NCBI GenBank assembly: GCA_006508105.1
Contig: QKPP01000152.1
Span: 15,388 to 79,387 of the forward strand
Direction: 5' to 3'
Source: Myxococcales bacterium FL481
Lineage (GTDB): Bacteria; Myxococcota_A; Polyangia; Nannocystales; Nannocystaceae
DNA: 64,000 nucleotides
Shown: in pieces, positions 10,121 to 18,963 of the stretch
Layout of the letters: the number at the start of each line of letters is the position of its first letter
How positions within the stretch are numbered: position 1 is the stretch's first letter
Made by a program: the position numbers and the translations under genes
Notes under the pieces: generated by a model
The model's input: the letters and a program-made list of their open reading frames with translations, nothing else
Database searches by the model: none
Told to the model about the DNA's origin: nothing

Positions 10121-10723
10121 GTGGGGATAGAGCGCGCGCGCCAGGCCCGAAGTTCCGGTCGTCGAGCGGGCTGGGCCCTGATCGTGGCGATCGTGGCGAT
10201 CGTGGCCGCCGCGGGGTCCGGGGCGCCGGTCCGGGCGGACGATACGTTTGCGACGTCGTTGTTTAGCGGCGATCCGCGGGCTTTATGGCCGCTCGACATC
10301 GAGCTGGAGCTCGTACGGCTTTCGGCCACGCCCGAAGGTCCTGACCGGCCCGAGTCGAACTCTCTGACCCGCTCGGTTACCCGGGCGCAGGCCGGCGAGC
10401 GTACGAAGTTTGCGCACGTCGAAGTCACACCGTTCGGGAAACGCACGCTGACGTTGACCGTGGTCGGACGGCATCATCCCGGGGGACGAATCGAGCTCGA
10501 GTACGATTTGCGGGTCCTCGAAGCGCGGTACGCCAGGATCGATCTGCGGCGCTACGTGATGCATCGGCTGGGTCTTGGGGCTCAGTTGGTTGTGGGGCCG
10601 AGCGTGCTGCGGGTCTCCCGAGCGGATATCGTCACCGTTGACCAGGGTGTTCACCGCGAGCCGTTCGAGATCGACGGAGACCGCTACGAGATTCGTCTAG
10701 GCGCTGCGTCGACGCGCGGTTGA
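10121..10723 (+). CDS. Secreted hypothetical protein
   Basis: GTG start. N-terminus RARQARSSGRRAGWALIVAIVAIVAAAGSGAPVRADD looks like a signal peptide. The remainder is beta-rich with no recognised motif. Confidence 0.6.
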   Translation: MGIERARQARSSGRRAGWALIVAIVAIVAAAGSGAPVRADDTFATSLFSGDPRALWPLDIELELVRLSATPEGPDRPESNSLTRSVTRAQAGERTKFAHVEVTPFGKRTLTLTVVGRHHPGGRIELEYDLRVLEARYARIDLRRYVMHRLGLGAQLVVGPSVLRVSRADIVTVDQGVHREPFEIDGDRYEIRLGAASTRG

Positions 10724-10799
10724 CACCTCTAATCCCACTCGCTATCCCTTGTCACGACGCGGCGGGCGTCTACCCTCAGCGCGTCCTTTGGAGTGTCCC

Positions 10800-11642
10800 A
10801 TGTCCTTCCGTTCCAAGCTCCAGTCCGTTCCGCTGCTTCTCAACATCGGTTTGGCCGTGGCCACGCTCAGCGTTGGCGCGTGCAAGCGTCCTGAGTATCC
10901 CGCCTGCAAGCGGGATAGACACTGCAACAAGGAAGAGGGGGAAACCTGCGTCGACGGCATGTGCCAAAACTGCACGACCGACGATGAGTGCCTCGCCAAA
11001 GGCGAAAACGGCGAGAACTGGGTTTGCCACGAGTTTCGTTGCACCGACCCCGCTCTTTTGCCGCAGCAAAGCGGCAACGGCGAGCAGGGTTCGCCGTGCA
11101 ACGCGACGACCGAGTGCGTTCAGGGGTTGGTCTGTCGCAACGGCATCTGCGACGTGTGCATGACGGACGGCGAGTGTGCCCCCGGAGTCTGCAATCTCAA
11201 CACAGGGCGTTGCGAAGCCGCCGCGGCCGGTCAGTGCACCTCGGACGACCAGTGCGCCATGGACGAGATCTGCGACAACGGGACTTGCGTGTTGAGCCAG
11301 GTTCAACCCGGCGCGAACCCGTGCACGCTGTCGGCCGTGTACTTCGCGTTCGATAGCCCGAAGCTCGACACCAAGGCGCAATCCGATCTGCAGGCCGCCG
11401 CCCAGTGCATGGCGTCGCAAAACCGCCTCGTTTACCTCGAGGCCCACGCCGATCCGCGGGGCACCGAGGAGTACAACATCTTGTTGACCGACAAGCGTGG
11501 TCAGTCCGTCAAGAGCTTTCTCGAGAATCTCGGAGTCGGCGGGGCCAACATGCAGGTGATCTCGAAGGGCGATCTGGAAGCCACCGGGACCGACGAGTCA
11601 TCGTGGGCCCGCGATCGACGCGTGGAGTTCATCTGGCCCTAG
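10800..11642 (+). CDS. pal: Peptidoglycan-associated lipoprotein (OmpA-C domain) with N-terminal Cys-rich repeats
   Basis: ATG 10800 gives MSFRSKLQSVPLLLNIGLAVATLSVGAC (lipobox). C-terminus VYFAFDSPKLD...LEAHADPRGTEEYNILLTDKRGQSVKSFL...SWARDRRVEFIW is the OmpA/Pal peptidoglycan-binding domain. The middle holds about 5 repeats of the type C..D.EC...(x)C..G.C. Confidence 0.9.
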   Translation: MSFRSKLQSVPLLLNIGLAVATLSVGACKRPEYPACKRDRHCNKEEGETCVDGMCQNCTTDDECLAKGENGENWVCHEFRCTDPALLPQQSGNGEQGSPCNATTECVQGLVCRNGICDVCMTDGECAPGVCNLNTGRCEAAAAGQCTSDDQCAMDEICDNGTCVLSQVQPGANPCTLSAVYFAFDSPKLDTKAQSDLQAAAQCMASQNRLVYLEAHADPRGTEEYNILLTDKRGQSVKSFLENLGVGGANMQVISKGDLEATGTDESSWARDRRVEFIWP

Positions 11643-11656
11643 GCGTCGTCGACCCG

Positions 11657-12493
11657 ATGCATCGCGCTGTCTCATTGGGATTGTTGCTGCCGTTGTGCAC
11701 CGGAGCCGGCTGTGTCGTGCTCCGGGCGCAGCACGATGATTTGGCGGCGCAAGTCGACCGACTCGAAGAGCAGGTCGCGCAGCGCGATCAAGAGCTTGCG
11801 CGCATGATGGAGCAGGCCGAGCAGCAGGCTGCGTCGGTCGAGTCGAAGCTACAAGAAGCCGAGAAGCTGCTGCGTGGCAATCAGGCGAGCGTGGGCGTAC
11901 GGGTGGACGATCTCGAGAGTGAGGTCGCGCAGATGCGCGGTAGCGCGGACGACAACCGCAACGCGCTCGCGGCTCTGACATCGGGTCTCGACGAGATGCG
12001 GGCTGATGTTGAAAGCCGAATCAACAATCTCGAGGCGTCGGTCAACGAGGCCACGAACATTCCCGAGAGCAAGCAGGCCCTCTACGCCGAGGCCGAGCGT
12101 CAGTTGGCGGCGCAGGCTTACAAGCAGGCCCGGCGCCTGTATCGGATCTACTGGTCGCGCTACCCCAGCGACAAGCTCGGTCCCGAGGTCCGCTTCAAGA
12201 TCGGGCTCACCTTGTACAGCGAGCGTGACTTTCGCTCCGCCTTGGGCGAGTTTTATTGGATCACGCAAAACGCTCGCAAGGCAAAGATCCTCCCCGACGC
12301 GCTGTACTACTCGGGGTTGGCGTTCGCGAAGCTCGGTCAGTGCAAAGACGCGATCGTGTACTTCGAGTATGTGACGAAGAAGTCGGTCGGGGCCGGGAAG
12401 CGCTATCGCGACCAGGCCCGCCAGCAGATTAAGACCCTCAAAAAGGACAAGGGCGAGATCTGCCAGGACAAGGATCGGGCGGGGCGTAGCTAG
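11657..12493 (+). CDS. cpoB: Tol-Pal system protein CpoB/YbgF (coiled coil + TPR-like C-domain)
   Basis: ATG 11657 gives MHRAVSLGLLLPLCTGAGC. Long coiled coil (DDLAAQVDRLEEQVAQRDQELARMMEQ...). C-terminus ALYAEAERQLAAQAYKQARRLYRIYWSRYPSDKLGPEVRFKIGLTLY...ALYYSGLAFAKLG is YbgF-like. Lies 14 nt after pal. Confidence 0.85.
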   Translation: MHRAVSLGLLLPLCTGAGCVVLRAQHDDLAAQVDRLEEQVAQRDQELARMMEQAEQQAASVESKLQEAEKLLRGNQASVGVRVDDLESEVAQMRGSADDNRNALAALTSGLDEMRADVESRINNLEASVNEATNIPESKQALYAEAERQLAAQAYKQARRLYRIYWSRYPSDKLGPEVRFKIGLTLYSERDFRSALGEFYWITQNARKAKILPDALYYSGLAFAKLGQCKDAIVYFEYVTKKSVGAGKRYRDQARQQIKTLKKDKGEICQDKDRAGRS

Positions 12494-12550
12494 ACAGCCT
12501 GGCCGTCCACGTCGACGGCGTTCCGGTCAGCGGTCGATCGAGCCCGCCTG

Positions 12551-13879
12551 CTAGGCGGATCGCGGCCGCTGGGAGTGCCGGAAGTAGGCGCGCGAGGCGA
12601 CCACGCCCACCACGCCGCACGTCCGCGGCCCCTCGTCGTTCGCGTCGGCGTCGTTGCGTTGAACGATGCGGACGTCGAAGCTCACGGTGTCGCCCGGCTC
12701 GAGACGCCGCAAATAGGCGATTGTCAGCGTCCGCGCTTCAGCTTCGTCGCTAGCCACAACCGCAAGATCGGTGGTGTAGCCGCTCGCGTCACACGGCCAG
12801 TGTTCAGGGCGTCCGGATTTGGCACGGGCGCGGGCGGAGACGGTGAACGTGGTGCCGTTGCTCTTGGGCTGGTTTTCCGCTTCGGCCACGGTTGAGAGCA
12901 TGTGCGGCGTCGACCAATCGTAGCGCCCGGCGAGCAGATAGATGTCGTGCGCTTCCTGGCGGCGACCGGTACTCCACAACCCTTCGAACACCTCCTCAAC
13001 CACCAGGCCCGCGTACGCCGGGTTCAGGTCTCCAGTCGTGCGTAGCTCCTCGAGCAGTTCGATGGCCTGGTACAGGTGGCGCAGCGCGGTGTCGACTTGA
13101 GCCGTGTCTGCGAGGAGCCAGCCACCCAATACCGCCAGCGTCAGCGGGTTGTCGGGTTCGGCCGCTCGCGCGCGGCTCATCGTCTCGAGGGCCTCGGCGG
13201 AACGGCCCGCCCGGTACTGGGTAATCGCCAGGTTGTAGAGGGCCCCGGCGTGGCCGGGGAGGAACGTCAAGGCCTCGTCGAAGCGATCGATGGCTTCGTC
13301 GAGACGATCGAGATCCGACAGACAGATCCCGTGCTCGACCAGGATGTCGGTGTGAACCGGGTCTTCTTCAAGGTATCGCTCGTAGACCTCCAGCGCGTCT
13401 TCCACGTTGTCTTGCCGGCGCAACAGCGCGCCCAAGGCCGTCACGGCTTCGACCATGGACGGGCCGTCGTCCGACCCGTAGACCGCTAGGGAATACTGCT
13501 CCTTGGCTTCTTCGTGGTCTCCGATGCGGTCGAGCACGGCGCCCAGGTTGTAGTGGGCCAAGGCGTTGTCGGGATCGACATCCACCGCCAACGCGAAGGC
13601 TTCCTTGGCCTCCTCGAGCTCGCCCACCAGGTCGAGTACGTTGCCGAGTGCGACCAGTACGTCCGGCTCGCGGGGGAATTCCTCCGCGGCTCGCCGCGCC
13701 AGCACCACCGCCGGCTCGAACTCCTCGGTCTCGCAGAGACCGCGGATCCACATCAGGTACACGGGGACGCGGTGTTCGGTGGCGAGGTCGGGATCCCAGG
13801 CGTTTCGGAGCATTCGCACCGCCGAGTCGGCGGAGCCTTGCTCCAACAGCGCTGCGATGGTTTCAAGGGGAGGGCGCAT
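12551..13879 (-). CDS. TPR-repeat protein with a non-TPR C-terminal domain
   Basis: Repeated 34-aa-type units: ALGNVLDLVGELEEAKEAFALAVDVDPDNALAHYNLGAVL, ALYNLAITQYRAGRSAEALETMSRARAAEPDNP, and others. Confidence 0.85.
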   Translation of the reverse strand: MRPPLETIAALLEQGSADSAVRMLRNAWDPDLATEHRVPVYLMWIRGLCETEEFEPAVVLARRAAEEFPREPDVLVALGNVLDLVGELEEAKEAFALAVDVDPDNALAHYNLGAVLDRIGDHEEAKEQYSLAVYGSDDGPSMVEAVTALGALLRRQDNVEDALEVYERYLEEDPVHTDILVEHGICLSDLDRLDEAIDRFDEALTFLPGHAGALYNLAITQYRAGRSAEALETMSRARAAEPDNPLTLAVLGGWLLADTAQVDTALRHLYQAIELLEELRTTGDLNPAYAGLVVEEVFEGLWSTGRRQEAHDIYLLAGRYDWSTPHMLSTVAEAENQPKSNGTTFTVSARARAKSGRPEHWPCDASGYTTDLAVVASDEAEARTLTIAYLRRLEPGDTVSFDVRIVQRNDADANDEGPRTCGVVGVVASRAYFRHSQRPRSA

Positions 13880-14099
13880 CCGGAGAGCTGTTCAGAGCTT
13901 ACACGACGATCGCTGTGGCGTGCAGTCGCGGCGCCGGTCAGCGGCCGGCCGCGACTCGCGCGAGCGCGGGCCGGCCTCGCCTCCCGCTGATCGAGATCCA
14001 GATCGCGTCGCTTGGCGAGCTGGCCCAAACGGCTGGGTCGCGACCGGCCCCATCGCGGCGCCTGCATTCCCGGCGAGGGGATGGAACACTGTCACCGAT

Positions 14100-15056
14100 A
14101 TGCTCAGCATCGAGTGCCAAGACCTCCATCACTCGTACGATGGCGTGCACGACGCCCTACGCGGTCTCTCGTTGCGTGTCGCGGCGGGCGAAGTGTTGGC
14201 GCTGATCGGCCCGAACGGTGCGGGAAAGAGCACCGCACTGCGAATTTTGGCCACCTTGCTCCAACCGGATCGAGGTCGTGTGCTGTGGGACGGGCACGAC
14301 GCGTGGGCCGATCGGTACACGGTGCGTCCCCGCATCGGCTTTTTAGGCGATGGCACGGCCCTTTACGCCGGCATGACCGCCGCGGGCTATCTGCGCTTTT
14401 TCGCGGAGTGCTACGGGCAAGCGGACCGCGCCGTAGGCCCTCGCGTGGCGGAATTGCTGGCGCAATTCGACCTGACGACCAAGGCCGACACGGCCATTGC
14501 CGATCTGAGCAAGGGCATGCGGCAACGCTTGGCAATTGCGCGAGCCCTGGTCCATCGTCCACAGCTGTTGCTGCTCGACGAACCGGCCGATGGGCTCGAC
14601 CCGGCGGCTCGTCGGCAGTTGCGCGCCATCCTCCGCCAAACAGCGGATGGAGGGGTCGGCGTGGTCATCAGCTCCCATATCCTGCGCGAGCTCGACGGGT
14701 TTTGTGACGCCGTCGCCGTGATGCAAAAGGGGCGACTCGAAGTCTTTGGGACCGTAGACGAGGTGATCGAGCGTTATGAGGTCAGCCGCCGTGTTCACCG
14801 GATCGAGGTGTTGCGAGGGATCGACCGGGCGCTCAAGGTGCTCGCGGGCCATCGCGGTCTGGTCGAGCGGGTCGAGCGTCGACCCGAGGCGGCGGACGCC
14901 GGCGTGATCCTAGTGCGAATTCACGGAGATTCGACGGCTCCGGCCAAGATCTTGCGCGAGCTGGTGGCCGCGGAAGTCGATGTGTTGGCGTTGCACCGCG
15001 TTCGCAGCGACCTTGAAGACGTCTACCAGTCCTTGGGTCACGAGCAGGTGAGTTGA
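14100..15056 (+). CDS. ABC transporter ATP-binding protein (ABC-2/DrrA-like) with a C-terminal accessory domain
   Basis: ATG 14100. Walker A GPNGAGKST, signature LSKGMRQRL, Walker B LLLLDEPADGLD, H-loop SSHIL. The upstream part of track ORF 13566..15056 is Ser/Arg-rich and non-coding. Confidence 0.9.
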   Translation: MLSIECQDLHHSYDGVHDALRGLSLRVAAGEVLALIGPNGAGKSTALRILATLLQPDRGRVLWDGHDAWADRYTVRPRIGFLGDGTALYAGMTAAGYLRFFAECYGQADRAVGPRVAELLAQFDLTTKADTAIADLSKGMRQRLAIARALVHRPQLLLLDEPADGLDPAARRQLRAILRQTADGGVGVVISSHILRELDGFCDAVAVMQKGRLEVFGTVDEVIERYEVSRRVHRIEVLRGIDRALKVLAGHRGLVERVERRPEAADAGVILVRIHGDSTAPAKILRELVAAEVDVLALHRVRSDLEDVYQSLGHEQVS

Positions 15057-15111
15057 TCGCGCACTTCCCCGCCACGCCGCGATCGCGAGCGTTTCGCGGT
15101 AGATCCTCGGG

Positions 15112-15918
15112 ATGCCGAGGCGATCTTCTCGAGTAAGAGTGGCAGCGTGGAACGTCAACGGACTGCGGGCTTGCGCCAAGCGGGGCTTCCTCGACGTGCT
15201 CGAGCGCGAGCGCCTGGATATTCTCGGGGTTCAGGAGGTGCGCGCGACCGCCGAGCAGCTTCCCCCTGAGGTGCGCGAGCCCGCAAAGTGGCACACCGCA
15301 TTCGTTGCGGCCCGGCGAGCCGGGTACAGTGGCGTCGGTCTGTACGCTCGCCGACCACCCGACGCGATCCTTGACTCGCTCGGGTCCCCACGTTTCGACC
15401 GCGAGGGGCGGGTCCAGATTGCTCGGTTCGGTCGCTTGGTCGTGGCCAACGCGTACTTTCCCAACGGCAACGGCAAAGCCCGCGACAACAGCCGAGTCCC
15501 GTTCAAGCTCGCGTTTTACCGGCGATTGTTTGAGGTCGTGCAACGCCAGCGCCGAGGCGGGCTGCGGGTGTTGGTCATGGGTGACTTCAACACCGCACAC
15601 ACGGAGATCGATCTCGCGCGGCCGAAGGACAACCGCAAGACCAGCGGGTTTCTCCCCGAAGAGCGGGCCGAGTTCTCGCGGTGGGTGGACGCGGGCTGGA
15701 TCGACACCTTTCGTGAGTTCGAGGCCGGCGGTGGCCACTACTCGTGGTGGACGCAGCGCGGAGGAGCGCGCGAGCGCAACGTAGGTTGGCGCATCGACTA
15801 CGTGTTGGCGTCACCTAACCTGCGCCCGTTCCTGCGTGGTGCCTTCATTCGACGCGAGATCCTGGGATCCGACCACTGCCCGGTTGGCGTGGACTTGGAG
15901 GCGGACGTGTTCGGTTAG
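15112..15918 (+). CDS. xthA: Exodeoxyribonuclease III (AP endonuclease, EEP family)
   Basis: VAAWNVNGLRA, ILGVQEV, GYSGVGLY, VANAYFPNG, VMGDFNTAH, YSWW, WRIDYVL, GSDHCPV. This is the full Xth motif set. Confidence 0.9.
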   Translation: MPRRSSRVRVAAWNVNGLRACAKRGFLDVLERERLDILGVQEVRATAEQLPPEVREPAKWHTAFVAARRAGYSGVGLYARRPPDAILDSLGSPRFDREGRVQIARFGRLVVANAYFPNGNGKARDNSRVPFKLAFYRRLFEVVQRQRRGGLRVLVMGDFNTAHTEIDLARPKDNRKTSGFLPEERAEFSRWVDAGWIDTFREFEAGGGHYSWWTQRGGARERNVGWRIDYVLASPNLRPFLRGAFIRREILGSDHCPVGVDLEADVFG

Positions 15919-15927
15919 CTCTCCCGA

Positions 15928-15954
15928 CCGGGACGAGAAGACTCGTCTGGCCGG
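15928..15954. terminator. Hairpin between convergent xthA and Mini-III genes (candidate bidirectional terminator)
   Basis: ccgg-gacgag-aaga-ctcgtc-(tgg)-ccgg. A perfect 6-bp stem with a 4-nt loop, extended by ccgg/ccgg across a 3-nt bulge. No U-tract. Function is inferred from position only. Confidence 0.3.
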
Positions 15955-15982
15955 GTCATCGCGGGCCAACCCCGTGGGTCGA

Positions 15983-16399
15983 TCATCCGCGCTTGGGCTC
16001 GGGGCGCGCGAGCTCTTCGTCGATGGCGCGCTCGATCACCGGTCCCAGCACGTCCGCCAGTCGACGCGACGGCGCGGCTTCACCGGTGCACCAAAACGCC
16101 ACCAGGGCCTCGAGGGCGGTTGCGGCCCGGTAGGCCGCCACGCTTCGCGCGGCGCGGGTCGTTCGCAGGTTGCGGGCGCGGCGAACCACGGCCGTCTCGT
16201 CGTCGGTGAGTTCCGATTCGATCGCGCTCAGCATTTCAGCTTGGGTTTCGGCCTTGGTCACCGCGGCGCGAACCCGATCGAGTCGGCCCGTCGGGTAGTC
16301 GCCGCGCAGCGCGATGCGCCGCCGAACATCACACTCGAATTCCGCGTCGCCAAGCCAGGCGAGCGTCCGGATCGATCGCTGACGCAGCGCTGTCGTCAC
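15983..16399 (-). CDS. mrnC: Mini-ribonuclease III (single RNase III catalytic domain, no dsRBD)
   Basis: LAWLGDAEFECDVRRRI...AKAETQAEML...TDDETAVVRRARN...YRAATALEALVAF aligns by eye with B. subtilis MrnC (LAYIGDAIFEVYVR...SAKSQAEIL...EEEEAVLKRGRN...YRYSTAFEALLGY). Start set at GTG 16399 (138 aa), which is uncertain. Track ORF runs to 16540. Confidence 0.7.
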   Translation of the reverse strand: MTTALRQRSIRTLAWLGDAEFECDVRRRIALRGDYPTGRLDRVRAAVTKAETQAEMLSAIESELTDDETAVVRRARNLRTTRAARSVAAYRAATALEALVAFWCTGEAAPSRRLADVLGPVIERAIDEELARPEPKRG

Positions 16400-16631
16400 G
16401 GTCGAACTGTACCAGCCCCATGCCACCGGCGAGGCACCCGTCACCCCGCCGCGGCTTGGCGGCTTGGCGGGGTGGCGAGGCCACGCGGCTCGGCTCGTAC
16501 TCGGTCGATGGCGCACGCGCCAGCCCCGTCCGCACCCCACCCCGACCGATGCGGCGCCGGGCCGGGTCGTGGCGTGGTCAGATGCAGACGCGGTGGCTTC
16601 GCCGCACGGGCCTCACCGGGCGTGGGATTCG

Positions 16632-18410
16632 CTAGCGAGTCACGGCGGCGACGATGTCGGGATCGACGTCGAATCGCTCGAGGAATTCGCGTCGCTCTTG
16701 GTGCATCTTGCTCACCCACGCCTTGTAGCGGTCCTGGCGGCCATGCGCCGTGAACCAACGCCGGGGTTGGAGGATCTCGGCGGAGACGGTGGCGACCAAC
16801 TCCGCGTTTTCCGGAGCGTCGATGTCCACCACCTCGTAGCCGAAGTCCGGATCAACCGTCCAGCGGATGTCGTCGCCGACGAGCGCTTCGAGCATCGCCG
16901 AGGAGTGCCGGATTTTCACCTTCAAGGCCTCTCCTTTGTCCACCTCGACCTTCGAACCGCCGACAAACCCGGTGTTCATCAGCCACATGCCCGTGGTCGA
17001 GAACGTGGCCGCCAGTTCGCTGAAGCGCTGCGCTTGCCGCTTGTGGGCGTACGGGAAGAACGGCTGAGTGAACGGGGAGCGCGTCTTTCCCCGGTCTTTC
17101 CCGGCCGCCGAGGTCTTCGTGGTCTCTCCGAGCATGAGATAGCCGGCGGCTTGCTCCGGGCTGGTGAAGCGCACGATGCCGGGCATAGCCGCATCGCTGC
17201 CCTCGTCCCGGTTGAGGATGCCGAGCGAACGCAGAGCCGGCACGGTCGACAGATCGGCGGCGTCGTCGATCGCCCCCATAGGAATGATCGATCGCCCGTT
17301 CTCCGTCCACACGACGAAGTCCCAGCCGTCCTTGGTGATCCCGTCGACCAAAACATCGCCGACCGCGACCTCGCCGCGGATGTAGCGGTCGACGTTGGCT
17401 TCAGGTGCGCCGGTGCCAATCAGCACATCACGCAGTCGACCGACGTCGGCGGGACCGAGGATGTCCTTCGAGAAGTCGGGCACACCGGCCTCATCGACGT
17501 ACACGTTCTCAATCCACGCGCTGGGGTCACAAGTCCCGCGGTAGACGACCGGTTCGGTCTCGGCCGTGAGCCCAAAGGTCTTGGCGAAACAACCGTTTTC
17601 GGTCACGGAGACTTCGCCGCCGGGCCATAAGGCGATCATGTCGTCTTGCACGGGGCGAGTCGTCTGGCCCTGCCGCGAGAACGTCGTGGTGGTCTTGCCG
17701 GTGCCGCTGAGACCGAGCACGCCCATCGTCAGGCTCTCGTTGTGGGTTTGCACCGCTTTGGCGCCGGCGTGCATGAGCAGGCCGCCGCGGTCGTAGAGCA
17801 GCGCGGCGAGCATGCGCAACGCGCCCTTTTTGCTCTCACCGAAGTAGTCGGGGCCCATCACGTAGGTGGTGAACCCATCGAGGTCCACCACGATCGCTTG
17901 GCGACCGTCGACGTCGGGGCGGCAGTCGGGCGTGTAGTACAGCCGCATCGCGGGGCGAAACGGTTGCGCCAGTTGCTCGGGCGTTTCCACGGCTTCGCGC
18001 GGGAACGACAACACCTGCTGCATGCCCGCGATGTTGGCCGCTTCGAGCGTGTACAACCACTGGCAGGGCACTGCGCGTTGCCCGAGTCCGATGTAGCCCT
18101 CGATCGAGATGAGCTTGCCCTTGCCGCGGATGTACTCCGCTTGCAGGTCGATCAGCGCTTGTGCGTCGTTCGGCGCGATCGTCTTGTGGGAAAACCGGCT
18201 CGCATCGTTTTGACGGTCGATCACGTACGTGTACTTGGCCATTCGGGCCTTGTTCCGCGCGATCTTGTTGACGGTGCCGTGGGCGGTTTCGCGACAAAAC
18301 GGCGTGTGCTCCAGGGCCAGTTGGCGCAGCTGGGCTTGGGTGGGATTGTGGAGCACCTCGACCGAAAACGGTACGGGGCCCTGCGAGGGAAGCTCGAACT
18401 GGGGCTTCAT
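16632..18410 (-). CDS. pckA: Phosphoenolpyruvate carboxykinase (ATP)
   Basis: ATG 18410 gives MKPQFELPSQG. Kinase-1a loop GLSGTGKTTTT. YVMGPDYFGESKKG, LLMHAGA, ENGCFAK, and WLMNTGFVGG in the C-terminal region. Confidence 0.95.
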   Translation of the reverse strand: MKPQFELPSQGPVPFSVEVLHNPTQAQLRQLALEHTPFCRETAHGTVNKIARNKARMAKYTYVIDRQNDASRFSHKTIAPNDAQALIDLQAEYIRGKGKLISIEGYIGLGQRAVPCQWLYTLEAANIAGMQQVLSFPREAVETPEQLAQPFRPAMRLYYTPDCRPDVDGRQAIVVDLDGFTTYVMGPDYFGESKKGALRMLAALLYDRGGLLMHAGAKAVQTHNESLTMGVLGLSGTGKTTTTFSRQGQTTRPVQDDMIALWPGGEVSVTENGCFAKTFGLTAETEPVVYRGTCDPSAWIENVYVDEAGVPDFSKDILGPADVGRLRDVLIGTGAPEANVDRYIRGEVAVGDVLVDGITKDGWDFVVWTENGRSIIPMGAIDDAADLSTVPALRSLGILNRDEGSDAAMPGIVRFTSPEQAAGYLMLGETTKTSAAGKDRGKTRSPFTQPFFPYAHKRQAQRFSELAATFSTTGMWLMNTGFVGGSKVEVDKGEALKVKIRHSSAMLEALVGDDIRWTVDPDFGYEVVDIDAPENAELVATVSAEILQPRRWFTAHGRQDRYKAWVSKMHQERREFLERFDVDPDIVAAVTR

Positions 18411-18963
18411 CGACCTACGGTTCACCAGCCACGGCGTGGCCGGGGAAATGGACTGGGGTTGGATTGGGCTCGAGAGCTGACGACGAACTCGGGTTGAGCT
18501 GGCGAGTGTCGGGCTCCACTGATGCGGAACCGATAGCACGAACTCCCGCGACGAGCCTACCGACCGGGGCTGTGCAATCGCCATAGCGTCGCTCGGATCG
18601 CCGCATCGGCCGGAGGATCGTGAGCCGAGGCGGCCGCGCACCGTCACCTATGTCGGTCGTCGCGCAAGGACGCGCATCCTCCGAAAACCGCCAAGCCACC
18701 GGCGAAGTTGTTCGTCGGTTGAGCCGGCGGAGCCGTTGCTCACATAACTGGGGCGCGTGCGGGCGGTGTTCCCAACGCCGCTCATGCGCCGCCTACCCCG
18801 ATAGGCATCGGGTTGGCCCGCTAGAAGGCGCATCCGCGGCGGTCGAAACGGGCGCTGTGCAGCCGTTTGCACGCCAGTGCGGCGGGGACAGGTTCTCCGT
18901 CTGCGTTCCGATGGGCGAGTCTGGCGCTGGTCGGGCCGCGGGCCCGCACTACGCTAGAGAACG

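Noticed and set aside
10181-10207. Three tandem copies of a 9-bp unit (atcgtggcg, atcgtggcg, atcgtggcc)
   Set aside because: They lie in frame inside the signal-peptide core of ORF 10121..10723, encoding IVAIVAIVA. This is a short coding repeat, not a CRISPR or regulatory array. It could be slippage-prone but nothing more is supported.
12502-12519. gccgtc-cacgtc-gacggc hairpin between the convergent cpoB and TPR genes
   Set aside because: A 6-bp stem with a 6-nt loop and no U-tract. Such palindromes are frequent by chance in this GC-rich DNA, so it is too weak to annotate.
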